Shown one piece after another: positions 1 through 10,765 of a stretch of DNA of 64,000 nt. Both the position numbers and the translations under genes were made by a program. Below the pieces are notes generated by a model. That model saw only the letters and a list, made by a program, of their open reading frames with translations. It had not been told where the DNA came from and ran no database searches. Position 1 is the stretch's first letter; every line of letters starts with the position of its first letter. Source of the stretch: Bdellovibrionota bacterium (GTDB taxonomy: Bacteria > Bdellovibrionota > UBA1018 > CAIPTA01 > JAALKR01); contig CBDBMJ010000001.1 in NCBI GenBank assembly GCA_965207455.1, forward strand, positions 1,792,001 to 1,856,000, given 5' to 3'.

Positions 1-114
1 GAGATCACACCAGAATTTATTAGAAAACCCTATATCTTTCAGTATTTTCTTGAGAACGCCGGTATCGATAAGAAGACTATTCTTGCTACCCATGCGGTTT
101 AAAGGGAAATTCAT
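1..114 (-). CDS. 5' part of a PIN-like protein running off the window edge
   Basis: GGAGG then ATG at 114; MNFPLNRMGSKNSLLIDTGVLKK, open to base 1; LLIDTxV resembles the first PIN strand. Confidence 0.5.
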   Translation of the reverse strand, partial: MNFPLNRMGSKNSLLIDTGVLKKILKDIGFSNKFWCDL

Positions 115-319
115 AATCCTCCATATTGACTTTTATTTTTGATTCCTAACTTATCAGAAATACTTTGCTATTCGTCACAGCTTACGTTATTTTTCTTAAT
201 ATAACTAACAACTTCATGCTTCATAATTTTCTCCGCGACAAGGGGGGAACTACTGCTTCCCACTGATTGCCCTTGGGCAAGTGACCCTTCATTTTCCATA
301 TAGGCAGGGGGGAACATTC

Positions 320-1351
320 TTAATTCCTTCTTATAGCTATAATCATTAATTTTCTTCTATATATGGCCATGGAATGATCATTTATAAATTTCTTCCATGG
401 CTTGCTCTCACCGAGATATCTTTTAATTCTAAGACCTAAGCTCATGTTATTGAGTAATTTTACATTTCCATAATCACCTTTTGGATAACTCGTCAAGTAT
501 CTCATATCGCCAGAATGATGATATCCACCAAACTTTGATTCAATATATTTTCCAATGAGAGGAATGAAGCTCACCAAATACATGAAGAAACCACTAAATG
601 GGAGCATTGTCACAACATCAACTGAATTAACTACCCTATAAATAGGAGTTTTAATGCCTACAGACCATTCCAGATCACCAACCCTTGGTGAGCCAAAAGT
701 ATAACAAGCCGCTAATCCTCCTTCATGCTTTATGTTTTTTGCAGCTACTGTTGCTAAAGCTCCTCCCAAGCTATGTCCAGTTAAAAACAAAGGAAGCTGT
801 GATAGCCCCTCACTCTTTAGGCGATCTGTAATTTCTGAAAGTATAATTTCAAAAGCTTTCTTAAATCCCTTGTGAACATTGCCTCCGTTTTCAGAGGGTG
901 TTTGAACTGCATCAAGATCAGTTTTAATATCCTTTATAGAGTTTTTCTCAGTCCCTCTAAATGCCAAAGCTATAAATTTATTACCCTTCACTAAAACTGC
1001 CTGAGTTCCATCCTTATCAAATGCCTCAACGATCTCAAGATTCAGATGCCTTAATTCTGATTTTAATTGTTCAAGCTCCCTTTTGTCATCGTAGCAAAAG
1101 GTATCGATTAATTTAAGCAAAGATGTTTTGTTATTTTTAGAAATAAGTTTTTCCGTTGTTTCTACTAAATATTGCTCGCCCTTACCTTCCGGGAATAATG
1201 GGTTGAATCTAATATACGCTAGCTCAGATAAACAAGCCATGATCCATGCCGTACGGTCACTGTAAGCCTGTCTATACGAAGGGACTTTCTTTTCTAAAAT
1301 TTTCTTAACGTTATCTTTGTCATCTGGATTAGGCGCAATAATACTTTTCAT
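320..1351 (-). CDS. Lipase class 3 family protein
   Basis: AFRGTE, VHKGF, TGHSLGGALA nucleophile elbow, TFGSPRVG, C-terminal DHSM. Confidence 0.9.
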   Translation of the reverse strand: MKSIIAPNPDDKDNVKKILEKKVPSYRQAYSDRTAWIMACLSELAYIRFNPLFPEGKGEQYLVETTEKLISKNNKTSLLKLIDTFCYDDKRELEQLKSELRHLNLEIVEAFDKDGTQAVLVKGNKFIALAFRGTEKNSIKDIKTDLDAVQTPSENGGNVHKGFKKAFEIILSEITDRLKSEGLSQLPLFLTGHSLGGALATVAAKNIKHEGGLAACYTFGSPRVGDLEWSVGIKTPIYRVVNSVDVVTMLPFSGFFMYLVSFIPLIGKYIESKFGGYHHSGDMRYLTSYPKGDYGNVKLLNNMSLGLRIKRYLGESKPWKKFINDHSMAIYRRKLMIIAIRRN

Positions 1352-1575
1352 ATTCTGTTTTCCTTCATAATTTCAACAAACATTCAATTCAATATTTCTT
1401 CTACGTTCCGCGGACCCATCACTCTAAGCCAGAGGTGTGAAGAAATTTCTACTAATTTTTATTGTTTCATGTTTCCTAATTTTATGCAAAATAAAATAAA
1501 TATATTAAATATTTCTTATATATTAACAACTTCTATTTATGAATCCAATTTATGCCCCAACCTTTTCAGGTCAGA

Positions 1576-1589
1576 GCCACCGAAGTGGC
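1576..1589 (-). other. cUUCGg tetraloop hairpin downstream of the PIN-like gene
   Basis: Minus strand reads GCCAC-TTCG-GTGGC; no clear U-tract follows. Confidence 0.35.
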
Positions 1590-1664
1590 ATTGGGATTCC
1601 AGGCTCACTCGCCAATTACACTAGGGTTTTGATTTTCATTTTCTTTGCAACAAAGTTCTCAAAT

Positions 1665-2840
1665 TTATAAATCACTTTCACTTATTACATTTTTTACATC
1701 TATTTCGTGGGTAATCTCGCCTGTATCTAAATCAAAGAATAGAAAGAATCCATAATTATCTAATGACATAAAATTTTCAGAAAGTCCTAAACCGCTCGGG
1801 GGGAATTGATTATAATGTTTCACCGACAAATTAAAATCTTTTATTCTCTTATGCGTACTCATTCTTTCTTTTATCTTATTATTTTCCTCACCAAGAATGG
1901 CAATATTTGGAATTATTTCACCTGTCTCACGAAATACACCCAGATAGCTAAAATGTACTAAATCTAAGTCTAATAGGTCAGAGCGAGCTTTAATGCCCTC
2001 CGCAGAACGAAAATACCTTGCATCAGCAAGTGATAATTCTCGCTGAAAATTATCGTTATTTCCATGGCCCTCTCTATTCAATTCTTTTGCCATTTGAGTA
2101 AATAATCTTGTAAATGAAACATTTTTCTCTCTATCTCTATATATCTCAAATAAATGCCCAAGAATTTTTGTTGAAGTAAGCTTGTTTATATAAAGTTCTG
2201 CAAAATCTTTATTATCATCACCCGCCGGTATTATTTCTCTAGTAATTATTTCATAATTATAGCGACATAAAAAATCCATACGTAAAAATTCACAAATATA
2301 TTTGAACAAATAATCTTTATCGTGCCAAAATCTTTTAAAAACACTATCGAAACTAGGCTTAAAGCCACTTTGACATTCTCGCTCTTTCTTCTCAAACATA
2401 TATTTGAGTTTATCGATTTGTAATTCTTCCATTTCAGAATATACCTTCCATGCCATACGCTGAATACAGATCATAGCATCTAGTGCTATAGTCTGATACT
2501 TTTTCCATTCCCTGGTTTCTTTTAATTGTCTAGTGCCATATCTTATTTCTGTTTCAATTTTCTTATTTCTGTATAAATCATACAGCTCTTTTCTATACGC
2601 ATTTAATTCTCTTGTATTTAATATTTTATCTTTAAATATATCTTTCTGATTGATATTTTTCAAATTCACACCAACATACTCAAGAAACATCGCTGGGGTG
2701 ATAATATAATTAAAATTACCACCATATTTCTCTGAAAAATTTTCATTGAATGAGTTAAAAAAATTCGAATTTTTAGATAAACGGTCAAAAACATTAGTAT
2801 CAAAGGTAATATTGTATTTTATATTTTTATCTAACTGCAT
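1665..2840 (-). CDS. Hypothetical protein with PIN-like N-terminus
   Basis: ITFDTNVF...IITPAMFLE and late DLLDLD; ATG at 2840 follows GAGGGAG. Confidence 0.6.
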   Translation of the reverse strand: MQLDKNIKYNITFDTNVFDRLSKNSNFFNSFNENFSEKYGGNFNYIITPAMFLEYVGVNLKNINQKDIFKDKILNTRELNAYRKELYDLYRNKKIETEIRYGTRQLKETREWKKYQTIALDAMICIQRMAWKVYSEMEELQIDKLKYMFEKKERECQSGFKPSFDSVFKRFWHDKDYLFKYICEFLRMDFLCRYNYEIITREIIPAGDDNKDFAELYINKLTSTKILGHLFEIYRDREKNVSFTRLFTQMAKELNREGHGNNDNFQRELSLADARYFRSAEGIKARSDLLDLDLVHFSYLGVFRETGEIIPNIAILGEENNKIKERMSTHKRIKDFNLSVKHYNQFPPSGLGLSENFMSLDNYGFFLFFDLDTGEITHEIDVKNVISESDL

Positions 2841-2898
2841 AGGCTCCCTCAAACCCCTTCTAAACTAAATATTTAAGCCTTGCTGCAAAAAATTATTA

Positions 2899-3537
2899 TT
2901 AGTTGGATTCCTTTGAAAGAACATCTTGGATGCCAGATGAAATCCCCATCATTCTTCGGGGACCTGCAATTACTACTTCTGTAATATAATTTAACAGTTC
3001 AAATAATCCATTAACAATGGAAGTAGAATCTAATTCTTGGGTTAAATCAATCGTACCTCTATGCAAGGCATTGTTTCCAACCAATCTCACAGTATGAAAA
3101 AGGCCTTTCATTTCTTCTGGTAATAGTAATTTCTTAATTTTTTCATTTAAATTCTTTCCTTCAAACTCATCATTGTTCAGGAGTTCCTCCATGGCTGTGC
3201 GCAATAGTGCGGCGGCGGCTCTAGGAGAATCATTAGCAATGTTTCTTGCCTCTTCATACAAAACCCCTACTTCTTCTGGCATCTCTTGATGTGGAAATGG
3301 TGCGAGCAATACTTTTGGATAAACTAATTTTTCTCTACACCACAGTGCCTGTTTCCCACAACTTCTGTTTTGACACACAGAAAAACTCAACCCGTCACAA
3401 GAGCTATGAATGCTTATAGCCTCATCATAAAATTTATGCCCAAGACCAGCATAAAACCATACTTGATTAGAGCGAACATCACAGAAAGGACAGTCAAATG
3501 AATCTTTTCCAAGCGCAGGAACTTCAGTTCTATTCAT
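2899..3537 (-). CDS. DUF4145 (HEPN-like) protein with N-terminal zinc ribbon
   Basis: CPFC, CQNRSC, YEEAR..SPRAAAALLR, RLVGNNALH; ATG at 3537 after GGAGGAG. Confidence 0.85.
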   Translation of the reverse strand: MNRTEVPALGKDSFDCPFCDVRSNQVWFYAGLGHKFYDEAISIHSSCDGLSFSVCQNRSCGKQALWCREKLVYPKVLLAPFPHQEMPEEVGVLYEEARNIANDSPRAAAALLRTAMEELLNNDEFEGKNLNEKIKKLLLPEEMKGLFHTVRLVGNNALHRGTIDLTQELDSTSIVNGLFELLNYITEVVIAGPRRMMGISSGIQDVLSKESN

Positions 3538-4089
3538 ATTATTTTCACTCCTCCTAAAAAGCAACTGTATCTCTTATTAACTAAATTTGTAAAATTTCAG
3601 AACTTAGAGAATCATAATAAATACTATACCCACAAATAAGGCTACCTTTCCACCCCTGTAAGGATTTGTTAGAGTTTACTTATAAATGCTGCTTGCAGGC
3701 TCTCCGAATCGCATAAAGCAGCCATCAAGACGGCACCACCACCAGCAGCAGCCCCAGCCACCAACCCCTCGCCCCTTTGCACAGCGATTTTGCCGGTGTA
3801 ACTACCAGGGGAAAATGTCGGCACAGACGCGTCAGAGGGGAGTTTAATTTCTAGTAAAGCGGGGGTTTTCAGGACAGCGTTTATAGCTGTCTTCTGCCTC
3901 TCAGAAGGCTGTGCCCTGCCTCTAGCGGTCTATTTTCTTTTTTGAGGGCTACGGGGTGTGGATATCTTTTTAAGATAGGATGAGGTGTTTGCGTTCAGGA
4001 GATGTGGCCGGCTGGTCTACCCTGTAGTTGAGTTACATTGTTTTACTGATGGTTCTGGGCAGGTTCTTTCTTTCTGTATTTGGTTTGGT

Positions 4090-4695
4090 GGTCATTCCTC
4101 ATACTTAGGAGTTGGAGTTCCATTTGATGGTATTTGGATATTAGGTTTCGTTTCATAGTAGTTGGAGTTCAATTTCAGGGTTTGAGGAGTTAGTATTGTT
4201 ATTTTGGGTTTTGGGCGGTGTTATGTTTCCGCTACAAGTCAAGTTCAATCATTCGTTTTATGGGTATTGAGGGAGTTTAAATTTACGGAGGGCATCACTT
4301 TCTCGCTCCCACCTTTCACAAAGACAAAGTTACTTCTTCTCACTGATATGCCTAAGGGTGTGTGTTTGTTCTTTAGGGAGGTGTGGTTGTGTTTCTTTTA
4401 TCAGGCTCAGTGGTTTCATTCTTGTTTGGATCCTGGGAATCATTCCGACACTCCCCAAGACCACACCCCCGCTTCTTTCCTGATTAGGAGTTAAGCGTTT
4501 AGCGTGTGTGGTATGTTTTGCTCCCTTCGACGACTGTTTTATTGACTGCCCTTCGTGCAGTTTTTTTTTACTTCATAAAATTTTCATTCCTCTCTCCGAC
4601 CCTTTCAGATCATTTATTGCTTGGCTTCTGAGAATCATTTCGACACTCCTCAAGGAACACACCGACGATTCATAACCTTACTTATTGGATTCCCG
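4090..4695. repeat. Long non-coding direct repeat, copy 1 (partner 19003-19533)
   Basis: Near-identical at offset 14913; this copy has an extra ~80 bp. Confidence 0.95.
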
Positions 4696-4792
4696 ATGTA
4701 ATCCTACTCTTATTTTTAGAATACTTTTTGTTTTTTTGCAACAACTTTCATAAACTTATAAATTTCATTTATAGACTTGCATTATCTTAAAA

Positions 4793-6625
4793 TTATTCAG
4801 ACTCTTCGGTATCGGCTGGCGGGATGTTTGCATTATAGAATCTCTGCTGGAAATTAAAACAAAGGAGCATTGCTAAGCTCCAAACATATGGTCCGAAAAA
4901 TTGTAGTTCACCATCCGAAAGAAGCCCATGAGCCAAGTCATTTCGAATGTTCAAACCAAACTCACTACAGAACAAAAAATCTAATTGAAATTGCATATCC
5001 TTGCCCAATATCCCTTCCATTTTTGGCTCAAACAAAAAACTACTTAAGCTTTTCTCTTTTTGTCTGCCCTCAACGTCCATGCCGGTTATATCTTCACCAG
5101 CTATTTCCATAAGCGTTCTGAGCGAGTTTTCTAACTGCAATGTTAAAATTGTACAGGAAGAAATCCAATCCCCACGAATTCCACTTAGAATACCAGATTT
5201 AAATTGCTCAACATGACCCTCTGGAACAAACGGGTTTGGATAAAGCATAGAGTAAATTGAATTTATATTGAAATCACTTTTACGTTCAATCTCTAGCCTA
5301 CAGCCACTTATAATCGCACTACATACCTTCATATGGATTCCAAGCCCTTCAAAAATATTGTATTTCAATGCATTCTCATCTGGATTATCTGATAAGCTTC
5401 CCGGGACAACGCTAGTTGTTCTTCCATTTCTGCCTATCAAACGATTTGACATACTGGTTGAAACTGGGTTTGCTCGCATACTATTTCTTGCATTTTCTGT
5501 CAAGATGCTCTTCCTTTGAGGGCGAGACATATCAGCAATCACCCTTAAAGAATCAATAAAAGAAGATGACTGGATTGCATTACGGCACGCATTCATACAT
5601 TTACTTACATCAATTTCAGCACGAAAAGTAAAGGGATTGAGTTGTCCCGGAATATTTTTTTGAGTTTCCACCAACTCTTTATGTAATTCCACTCTCTTCT
5701 GCCTCATCCCCGGAGTGCGGCCACATGCTTCAATAGCTTTATTATAAAAATCTCCAAGAAATAGAGCATTTGCTCCTCCTTTTTTCACCTCCTCAAGCTC
5801 CATAATAAAAATTTTTGTATGATCTTTTTCCCATCTTTTCTTTTCTGATGTCCTCTTCTGATTGCCATAAATTTCTATCAGAAGATCAACATATTTTCTA
5901 GATTTCTCAAATTGTTTTTGCTTAATGCTGTCCTCAACAGATTGTTCAATAAGAGATATCCATTTTTCAGTATTTTCACCCCCAGTCCTTAAAACTAAAG
6001 GAAGCAACTCAAAGAAAAAATACCTTGTGTAATCATTGGGCTCTACCGGTTTATCATCAATAAATTTCTTAATCTGAAGTTCTATTTTTTCCCTTTTATC
6101 CTCTTTTCTACCAAGCGACCTCCATATCATTATGGATCTCTCGACATAGTTTCCAATGGTAAAGCTGTCAAATTCTTTATTTTTTTCTCGAAGCATTTCA
6201 CATAATGAAAGATATTTATTTATTGCCTCTTTTCCAAATTCAAATCGATTTTTTTCTTTCTCCCAAAGCATGTCATTAATTCTAGCGAGCATGGCCAAAT
6301 TTGATGTGCGATTTAAAAACTCCTCCAATATAATAAAATCTTTTCTTTCAAAATCTTTAAATGCATAAGACCTACTACCATTAAAAGCTTGAAACTTGGG
6401 TTGAAATGGTTTATCGATATTATGTCTACCCAGAGATGAGTCAACAGCAATATATAATATCTCAATATTTTCAGCCAAACCCTCGCATCCATTGTTCTTT
6501 TCTTTTTCTACAAAAGCAAGCAGACTCTCCCCTATCTTCATATAGGAAGTTTCTTTATCAAGATCTTCTGGCAATCTCCATTTATCGGGAAATGCTTTAA
6601 TATCTGCTTTTTTGAATATATTCAT
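4793..6625 (-). CDS. DUF4209 domain protein (C-terminal HEPN-like motif)
   Basis: LTLQLENSLR...GLNIRNDLAHG (RxxxxH). Confidence 0.8.
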   Translation of the reverse strand: MNIFKKADIKAFPDKWRLPEDLDKETSYMKIGESLLAFVEKEKNNGCEGLAENIEILYIAVDSSLGRHNIDKPFQPKFQAFNGSRSYAFKDFERKDFIILEEFLNRTSNLAMLARINDMLWEKEKNRFEFGKEAINKYLSLCEMLREKNKEFDSFTIGNYVERSIMIWRSLGRKEDKREKIELQIKKFIDDKPVEPNDYTRYFFFELLPLVLRTGGENTEKWISLIEQSVEDSIKQKQFEKSRKYVDLLIEIYGNQKRTSEKKRWEKDHTKIFIMELEEVKKGGANALFLGDFYNKAIEACGRTPGMRQKRVELHKELVETQKNIPGQLNPFTFRAEIDVSKCMNACRNAIQSSSFIDSLRVIADMSRPQRKSILTENARNSMRANPVSTSMSNRLIGRNGRTTSVVPGSLSDNPDENALKYNIFEGLGIHMKVCSAIISGCRLEIERKSDFNINSIYSMLYPNPFVPEGHVEQFKSGILSGIRGDWISSCTILTLQLENSLRTLMEIAGEDITGMDVEGRQKEKSLSSFLFEPKMEGILGKDMQFQLDFLFCSEFGLNIRNDLAHGLLSDGELQFFGPYVWSLAMLLCFNFQQRFYNANIPPADTEESE

Positions 6626-6697
6626 TCCATAATCCTCACTTTAATTAAACACTCAATTCAATGCTTCTCCTAAATTCTGCAAACCCATCATTCTATG

Positions 6698-9340
6698 CTA
6701 CTGAAAAGAGTTTTCCGGTACATTTTGTGTTGTTTGGTCTGGTCGTTTGTGGGGTAGATTTTTTCCCACTCTCTTTCTTTCTTGTATATACCCATCATAT
6801 AGATTTTGGTATTCACGAATTTCTTTTTCAAGCATAGAAACTGTAATACAAGAAGCGTCCATATCTACTTGCAGATGGGCTGAAATATTTTTAGAAAGGA
6901 CTCCTAATTTATTAAAAATTTCATCAAGAACCTCCTGAGGAGCATAAACCTCTCTAATTAGATGATATTTAATCCTTCGGTCAAATCTACTGATCGACTT
7001 TTTGAGAATTTCTACAGCAAAAAATGCCTCATAACTAGCCCTTAATGCGCTAAAGCCATCTTTTAGATAAAAGCGCTTATCTTGTGGATTTTCCGAATTC
7101 TTCGCTTTTTCTAAACGATTTTTTGCTATATCTGGTTGGAGATGGTTTGCTTCAAAATCCCGTATATGGTTCAATTTAATAATTCCAACATCATCGACAC
7201 CATTACTATCTATCCAGTGATGTGCAATAGAAACACTCTTTTCTGAAGATGCATTTTCTAAGTCAGAAAGAAATGCTAAATCATGAGTGAATATAATAAC
7301 TGGACGTGACTGAGCCTCTTGAGCTAATCTCTGGGCAATGCGTTCTTTTCTTTCATGATCTTGCGAAGCAACGGGATCATCAAAGACAAGCCCACCATTT
7401 ATTCCGGAGATCTTTATTTCCGTAAGAAAATCCGCTAAAGCAATAACTCGCTGTTCACCCTCACTAAGGGTGTTGCTGGGCATGGAGCTATTGCCGACGG
7501 CATAACGTCGCTTCGTATTGCCTGCTTCGCCAACGTGTTTCAATTTAATACTTCTGACATTTAACTTTAAGCATTCTTTTTGAAATGTTTCTCGATATGA
7601 ATCGGTAACATGTTTTGCATATAATGTTTTTGAAAAATTCGTGATTGGTTGAGTACGAACTTCATTTCTAGCAGTTCTACATCTATTTATCCAACTTAAT
7701 TTATCCAAAAAAATCTTAATTTCGGGGAGCAATTCTTTTAAAATTCTTTTGTGTTTAAGGTTTTTAATTTCAATCTCTAATGTCTTTTTCTTTGTCTCTA
7801 TTTTTTCAGAATCCAGTGCTTTTTCTTCTTCCTCTAAAGTCTTCTTGATCTTCTGCCAATCAAATTCAAAGTCCTCAAGCACTAGGTCATCCCAGAGTTT
7901 TTTACCAAGCGATTTAAGTAGATTGTCTTTTAGCTCAGAATAATATAATAAAGCTCTTTCAATTCCCGTATTGGTTGCCTTTCTGCTTTCTTCCCGACCA
8001 AGCCAAGACATCGCTTTGCTTTTGGTATCTGGATCTAATACCTTTAAGATCTGGAATTCTTGAATTTTTTTGATGATCCACACATCAATCTCTCTCAATT
8101 TTGCCTCTGCCTCACTTTTTAAGTACATCTGATAACTCTCAATTAACTTCAATGCAACCGGAGTTAAATCTCGACGACAATATGGACAGGGATCACCTTC
8201 GTTCCAAACCCTTCCTTGCAGATCTAAAAAATCATCGCCCGCATTAATGAATTTTTTCCAATATTCACTACCAATGCCCTTAAACCTCGGATCATAAAAC
8301 TTTTGCAAACCCAAATCACTAATCTCAACAATCAATTCTTTTCTCTGATTAATTTGTTTCTCTAGTTCATCTATATTTTCTTTTGAAAAAATCAAAGAAA
8401 TATATTCCAAATTTTCTTTTAAGTCATTAACCTCTGTCGTGATATTTTTGTAAAGCTTCTTTTTCTCAGCAAGATCGTCTAAATTAAGCCCGGCAAGTTC
8501 CCTCTCTTTTCTCTCAAGCAACTCGCTGTCTTTCTCTGTAAAGCTCCCTATTTTTTTGATATTCTCGAAGTCGCTGCTCACATTTAAGTTATTAACGATA
8601 CTCTTTATTTCAGAATCTTCCAAAAATCGCTCTGGAAAAAGATTGGTTTCACTCTTACTCTCAATTAAGCTTTGAATATATTTATCTGTGTTCGAAACTA
8701 AAGAAGCAAGGTTTTCAAAAAATCCAAACCCCTCAGGAGTAATACTTAGCTCATTATCCGAGTCAATGTGAACCTTGACTGCTTTTGAATCAAAAGTTGC
8801 ATACTCTCTGAACTCACTTGAATTGGCTTTATCTGGATACTTCAGGATGTACTCTTTACCCTCATCATTCTTAAAAGTAAATATTGCTTCAGGTTTTCCT
8901 GTTTGACTTGAATCAAAAACATTGCCTATTACATTGATATCTCCTCTGGAAATAAAGGCATCATTCATCACTCTAGCATAGCTAGATTTTCCACTTCCAT
9001 TTAACCCATAAATGACGGTAAGACCTTTTTCACTTATAGCTAGTTTTTGATCCTTACGAAGGACTCCAATATTCTTCAAATTTGATAGAGAGACAAGCGT
9101 GCTGGTCTTACGGTTTGTTCTTTGAGTTTGGTTCGTAGCTGTAGGGATCGCTAGATCCATTTTTTCTAGTGGCCTTAGTAAAAGTTTTTTTTCAGACAAA
9201 AAATATTGAGCAGCCTTCTCAATAGCTTCTTCTCTATTCAAACCGGTTATTCCTTGCGTTAAGGGTGCGGCAAGGTATTGCTGCCAATAAGGAAGCCCTG
9301 CTACATAGCCTAATATATCATCACGGATTGAATTTTTCAT
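6698..9340 (-). CDS. RloC/Rad50-like ABC ATPase (AAA_13) with zinc hook
   Basis: Walker A GLNGSGKS, CPYC in coiled coil, LSEGEQR, FDDPV, FTHD; ATG at 9340 after AGGAGG. Confidence 0.85.
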   Translation of the reverse strand: MKNSIRDDILGYVAGLPYWQQYLAAPLTQGITGLNREEAIEKAAQYFLSEKKLLLRPLEKMDLAIPTATNQTQRTNRKTSTLVSLSNLKNIGVLRKDQKLAISEKGLTVIYGLNGSGKSSYARVMNDAFISRGDINVIGNVFDSSQTGKPEAIFTFKNDEGKEYILKYPDKANSSEFREYATFDSKAVKVHIDSDNELSITPEGFGFFENLASLVSNTDKYIQSLIESKSETNLFPERFLEDSEIKSIVNNLNVSSDFENIKKIGSFTEKDSELLERKERELAGLNLDDLAEKKKLYKNITTEVNDLKENLEYISLIFSKENIDELEKQINQRKELIVEISDLGLQKFYDPRFKGIGSEYWKKFINAGDDFLDLQGRVWNEGDPCPYCRRDLTPVALKLIESYQMYLKSEAEAKLREIDVWIIKKIQEFQILKVLDPDTKSKAMSWLGREESRKATNTGIERALLYYSELKDNLLKSLGKKLWDDLVLEDFEFDWQKIKKTLEEEEKALDSEKIETKKKTLEIEIKNLKHKRILKELLPEIKIFLDKLSWINRCRTARNEVRTQPITNFSKTLYAKHVTDSYRETFQKECLKLNVRSIKLKHVGEAGNTKRRYAVGNSSMPSNTLSEGEQRVIALADFLTEIKISGINGGLVFDDPVASQDHERKERIAQRLAQEAQSRPVIIFTHDLAFLSDLENASSEKSVSIAHHWIDSNGVDDVGIIKLNHIRDFEANHLQPDIAKNRLEKAKNSENPQDKRFYLKDGFSALRASYEAFFAVEILKKSISRFDRRIKYHLIREVYAPQEVLDEIFNKLGVLSKNISAHLQVDMDASCITVSMLEKEIREYQNLYDGYIQERKRVGKNLPHKRPDQTTQNVPENSFQ

Positions 9341-10059
9341 TTTCTTCCTCCTAAAGGAACTATTGAACTTTCCCAAAAAATCGGGCACTTTTTATACAGT
9401 TCGGTGGTTATACTTCTCCAACATAATCCATTGGACTCAGACCCCCGTCCCTATTACTAAAGATGGGTTCTAAACTCGACATGTCAAGGGTGACGGTGCA
9501 ACTGTTTTTATTTACATCCAGACCGCATGGATAATGCATCTGCGCCCGATCAAACTCGACAACAGGTACCAACAACCCCGCCCAATCCCTACCCCTTCAT
9601 TCACATTAAGCTATGAGAGTTCGGCAGGGGAGGCGCTACTGGCATTGAGGTTAGAATTTCTTGGTTGCGAGGTATTATTGGGGGCGTATTTGCGACACTT
9701 CAAAAAAGCAAAGCAGTTTCCACGATACAGATTCGTATTATCGTATGCACGAGAGAGGATCCTGCGACAGGCTTCAAGAGCACAATTATGTTTCTTTCTG
9801 ATTTTTAAGTTTTAGGCTTTTTCTTCGCGACCTTTAGGATTAGTTGTCATGCCGACTGTTCACGAAGACAAAGTTACTTCTTCCCACTGATTGCTCTTCA
9901 GGCAACTGCTTCTTCATTGCTTGCCTACAGAATATCATGGCGACAGATTTCAAGAACACAACGACGATTCTTTCCTGATTTGTCGGCACTACAAGCCATG
10001 TTTACTCATTTCCTTTCGACTCAAGAGATATGGCATAACTGATTTTCACACAGAAAAGA

Positions 10060-10320
10060 CTATTTCTTCCCAGTGACAGATCTAGATCCCTTCAAACATT
10101 CTGATATTGCTCTAGATCCCGCAAAACATTCTGATATTGCTCTAGCGCTATCTACATATGGATTTCGAGTGACAGCCCTGTATTTCTCTAAATTTTTTGA
10201 TATTGCTCTAGTACTATCGCTATACGCGTATAGATTTCGAGTGACAAACCTAGACCCCTTCAAGCATTCTGATATCATCCTAGCGCTATCTCCATACACA
10301 TTAAATTTTTTATCTGACAT
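10060..10320 (-). CDS. Small repeat-built protein (RAISE units)
   Basis: AAGGAGG RBS; internal ~30-bp repeats; ends at a copy of the ltaS terminus. Confidence 0.55.
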   Translation of the reverse strand: MSDKKFNVYGDSARMISECLKGSRFVTRNLYAYSDSTRAISKNLEKYRAVTRNPYVDSARAISECFAGSRAISECLKGSRSVTGKK

Positions 10321-10765
10321 AACAAAGCCCTCCTTGTTTTTAAATGGCTTGGGTGTATTCCCATAAAACAGCCTTCTTTCTATCTATCGTAGAATCTATC
10401 TATACCGATAGCAATAAAAAAATGCTCTATAGACATTAAAAATTTTTTCAAATTAAGATCTCTAAATTGAAAAAACGAAGACCCCTACAACACTTTTATT
10501 AAAAAATCAACGCTGTAATTTTTTCTCAGTTGATAAAAAAACTAATTTCAGCGCTGAAAGCTCTCATTTTTGAAAAAAGCTCAACCGTCTAACTTTCAAA
10601 CAGCAAAACCGACAAAATACGGCATAACGCGCGCGACCAAATCTCTTAAAGCGAAGGTACGGAAACAAATAATAATTATTTTTGAAAAATCATTCATTTT
10701 AACTTATAACTGGAATGAAATATTTTGATTTATAACATTTAAACTAAAAAGCAGGATAATGGAGC

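Noticed and set aside
4204..4494. 96-aa ORF and its twin at 19117-19407
   Set aside because: TTG start, no RBS; conservation is explained by the DNA duplication
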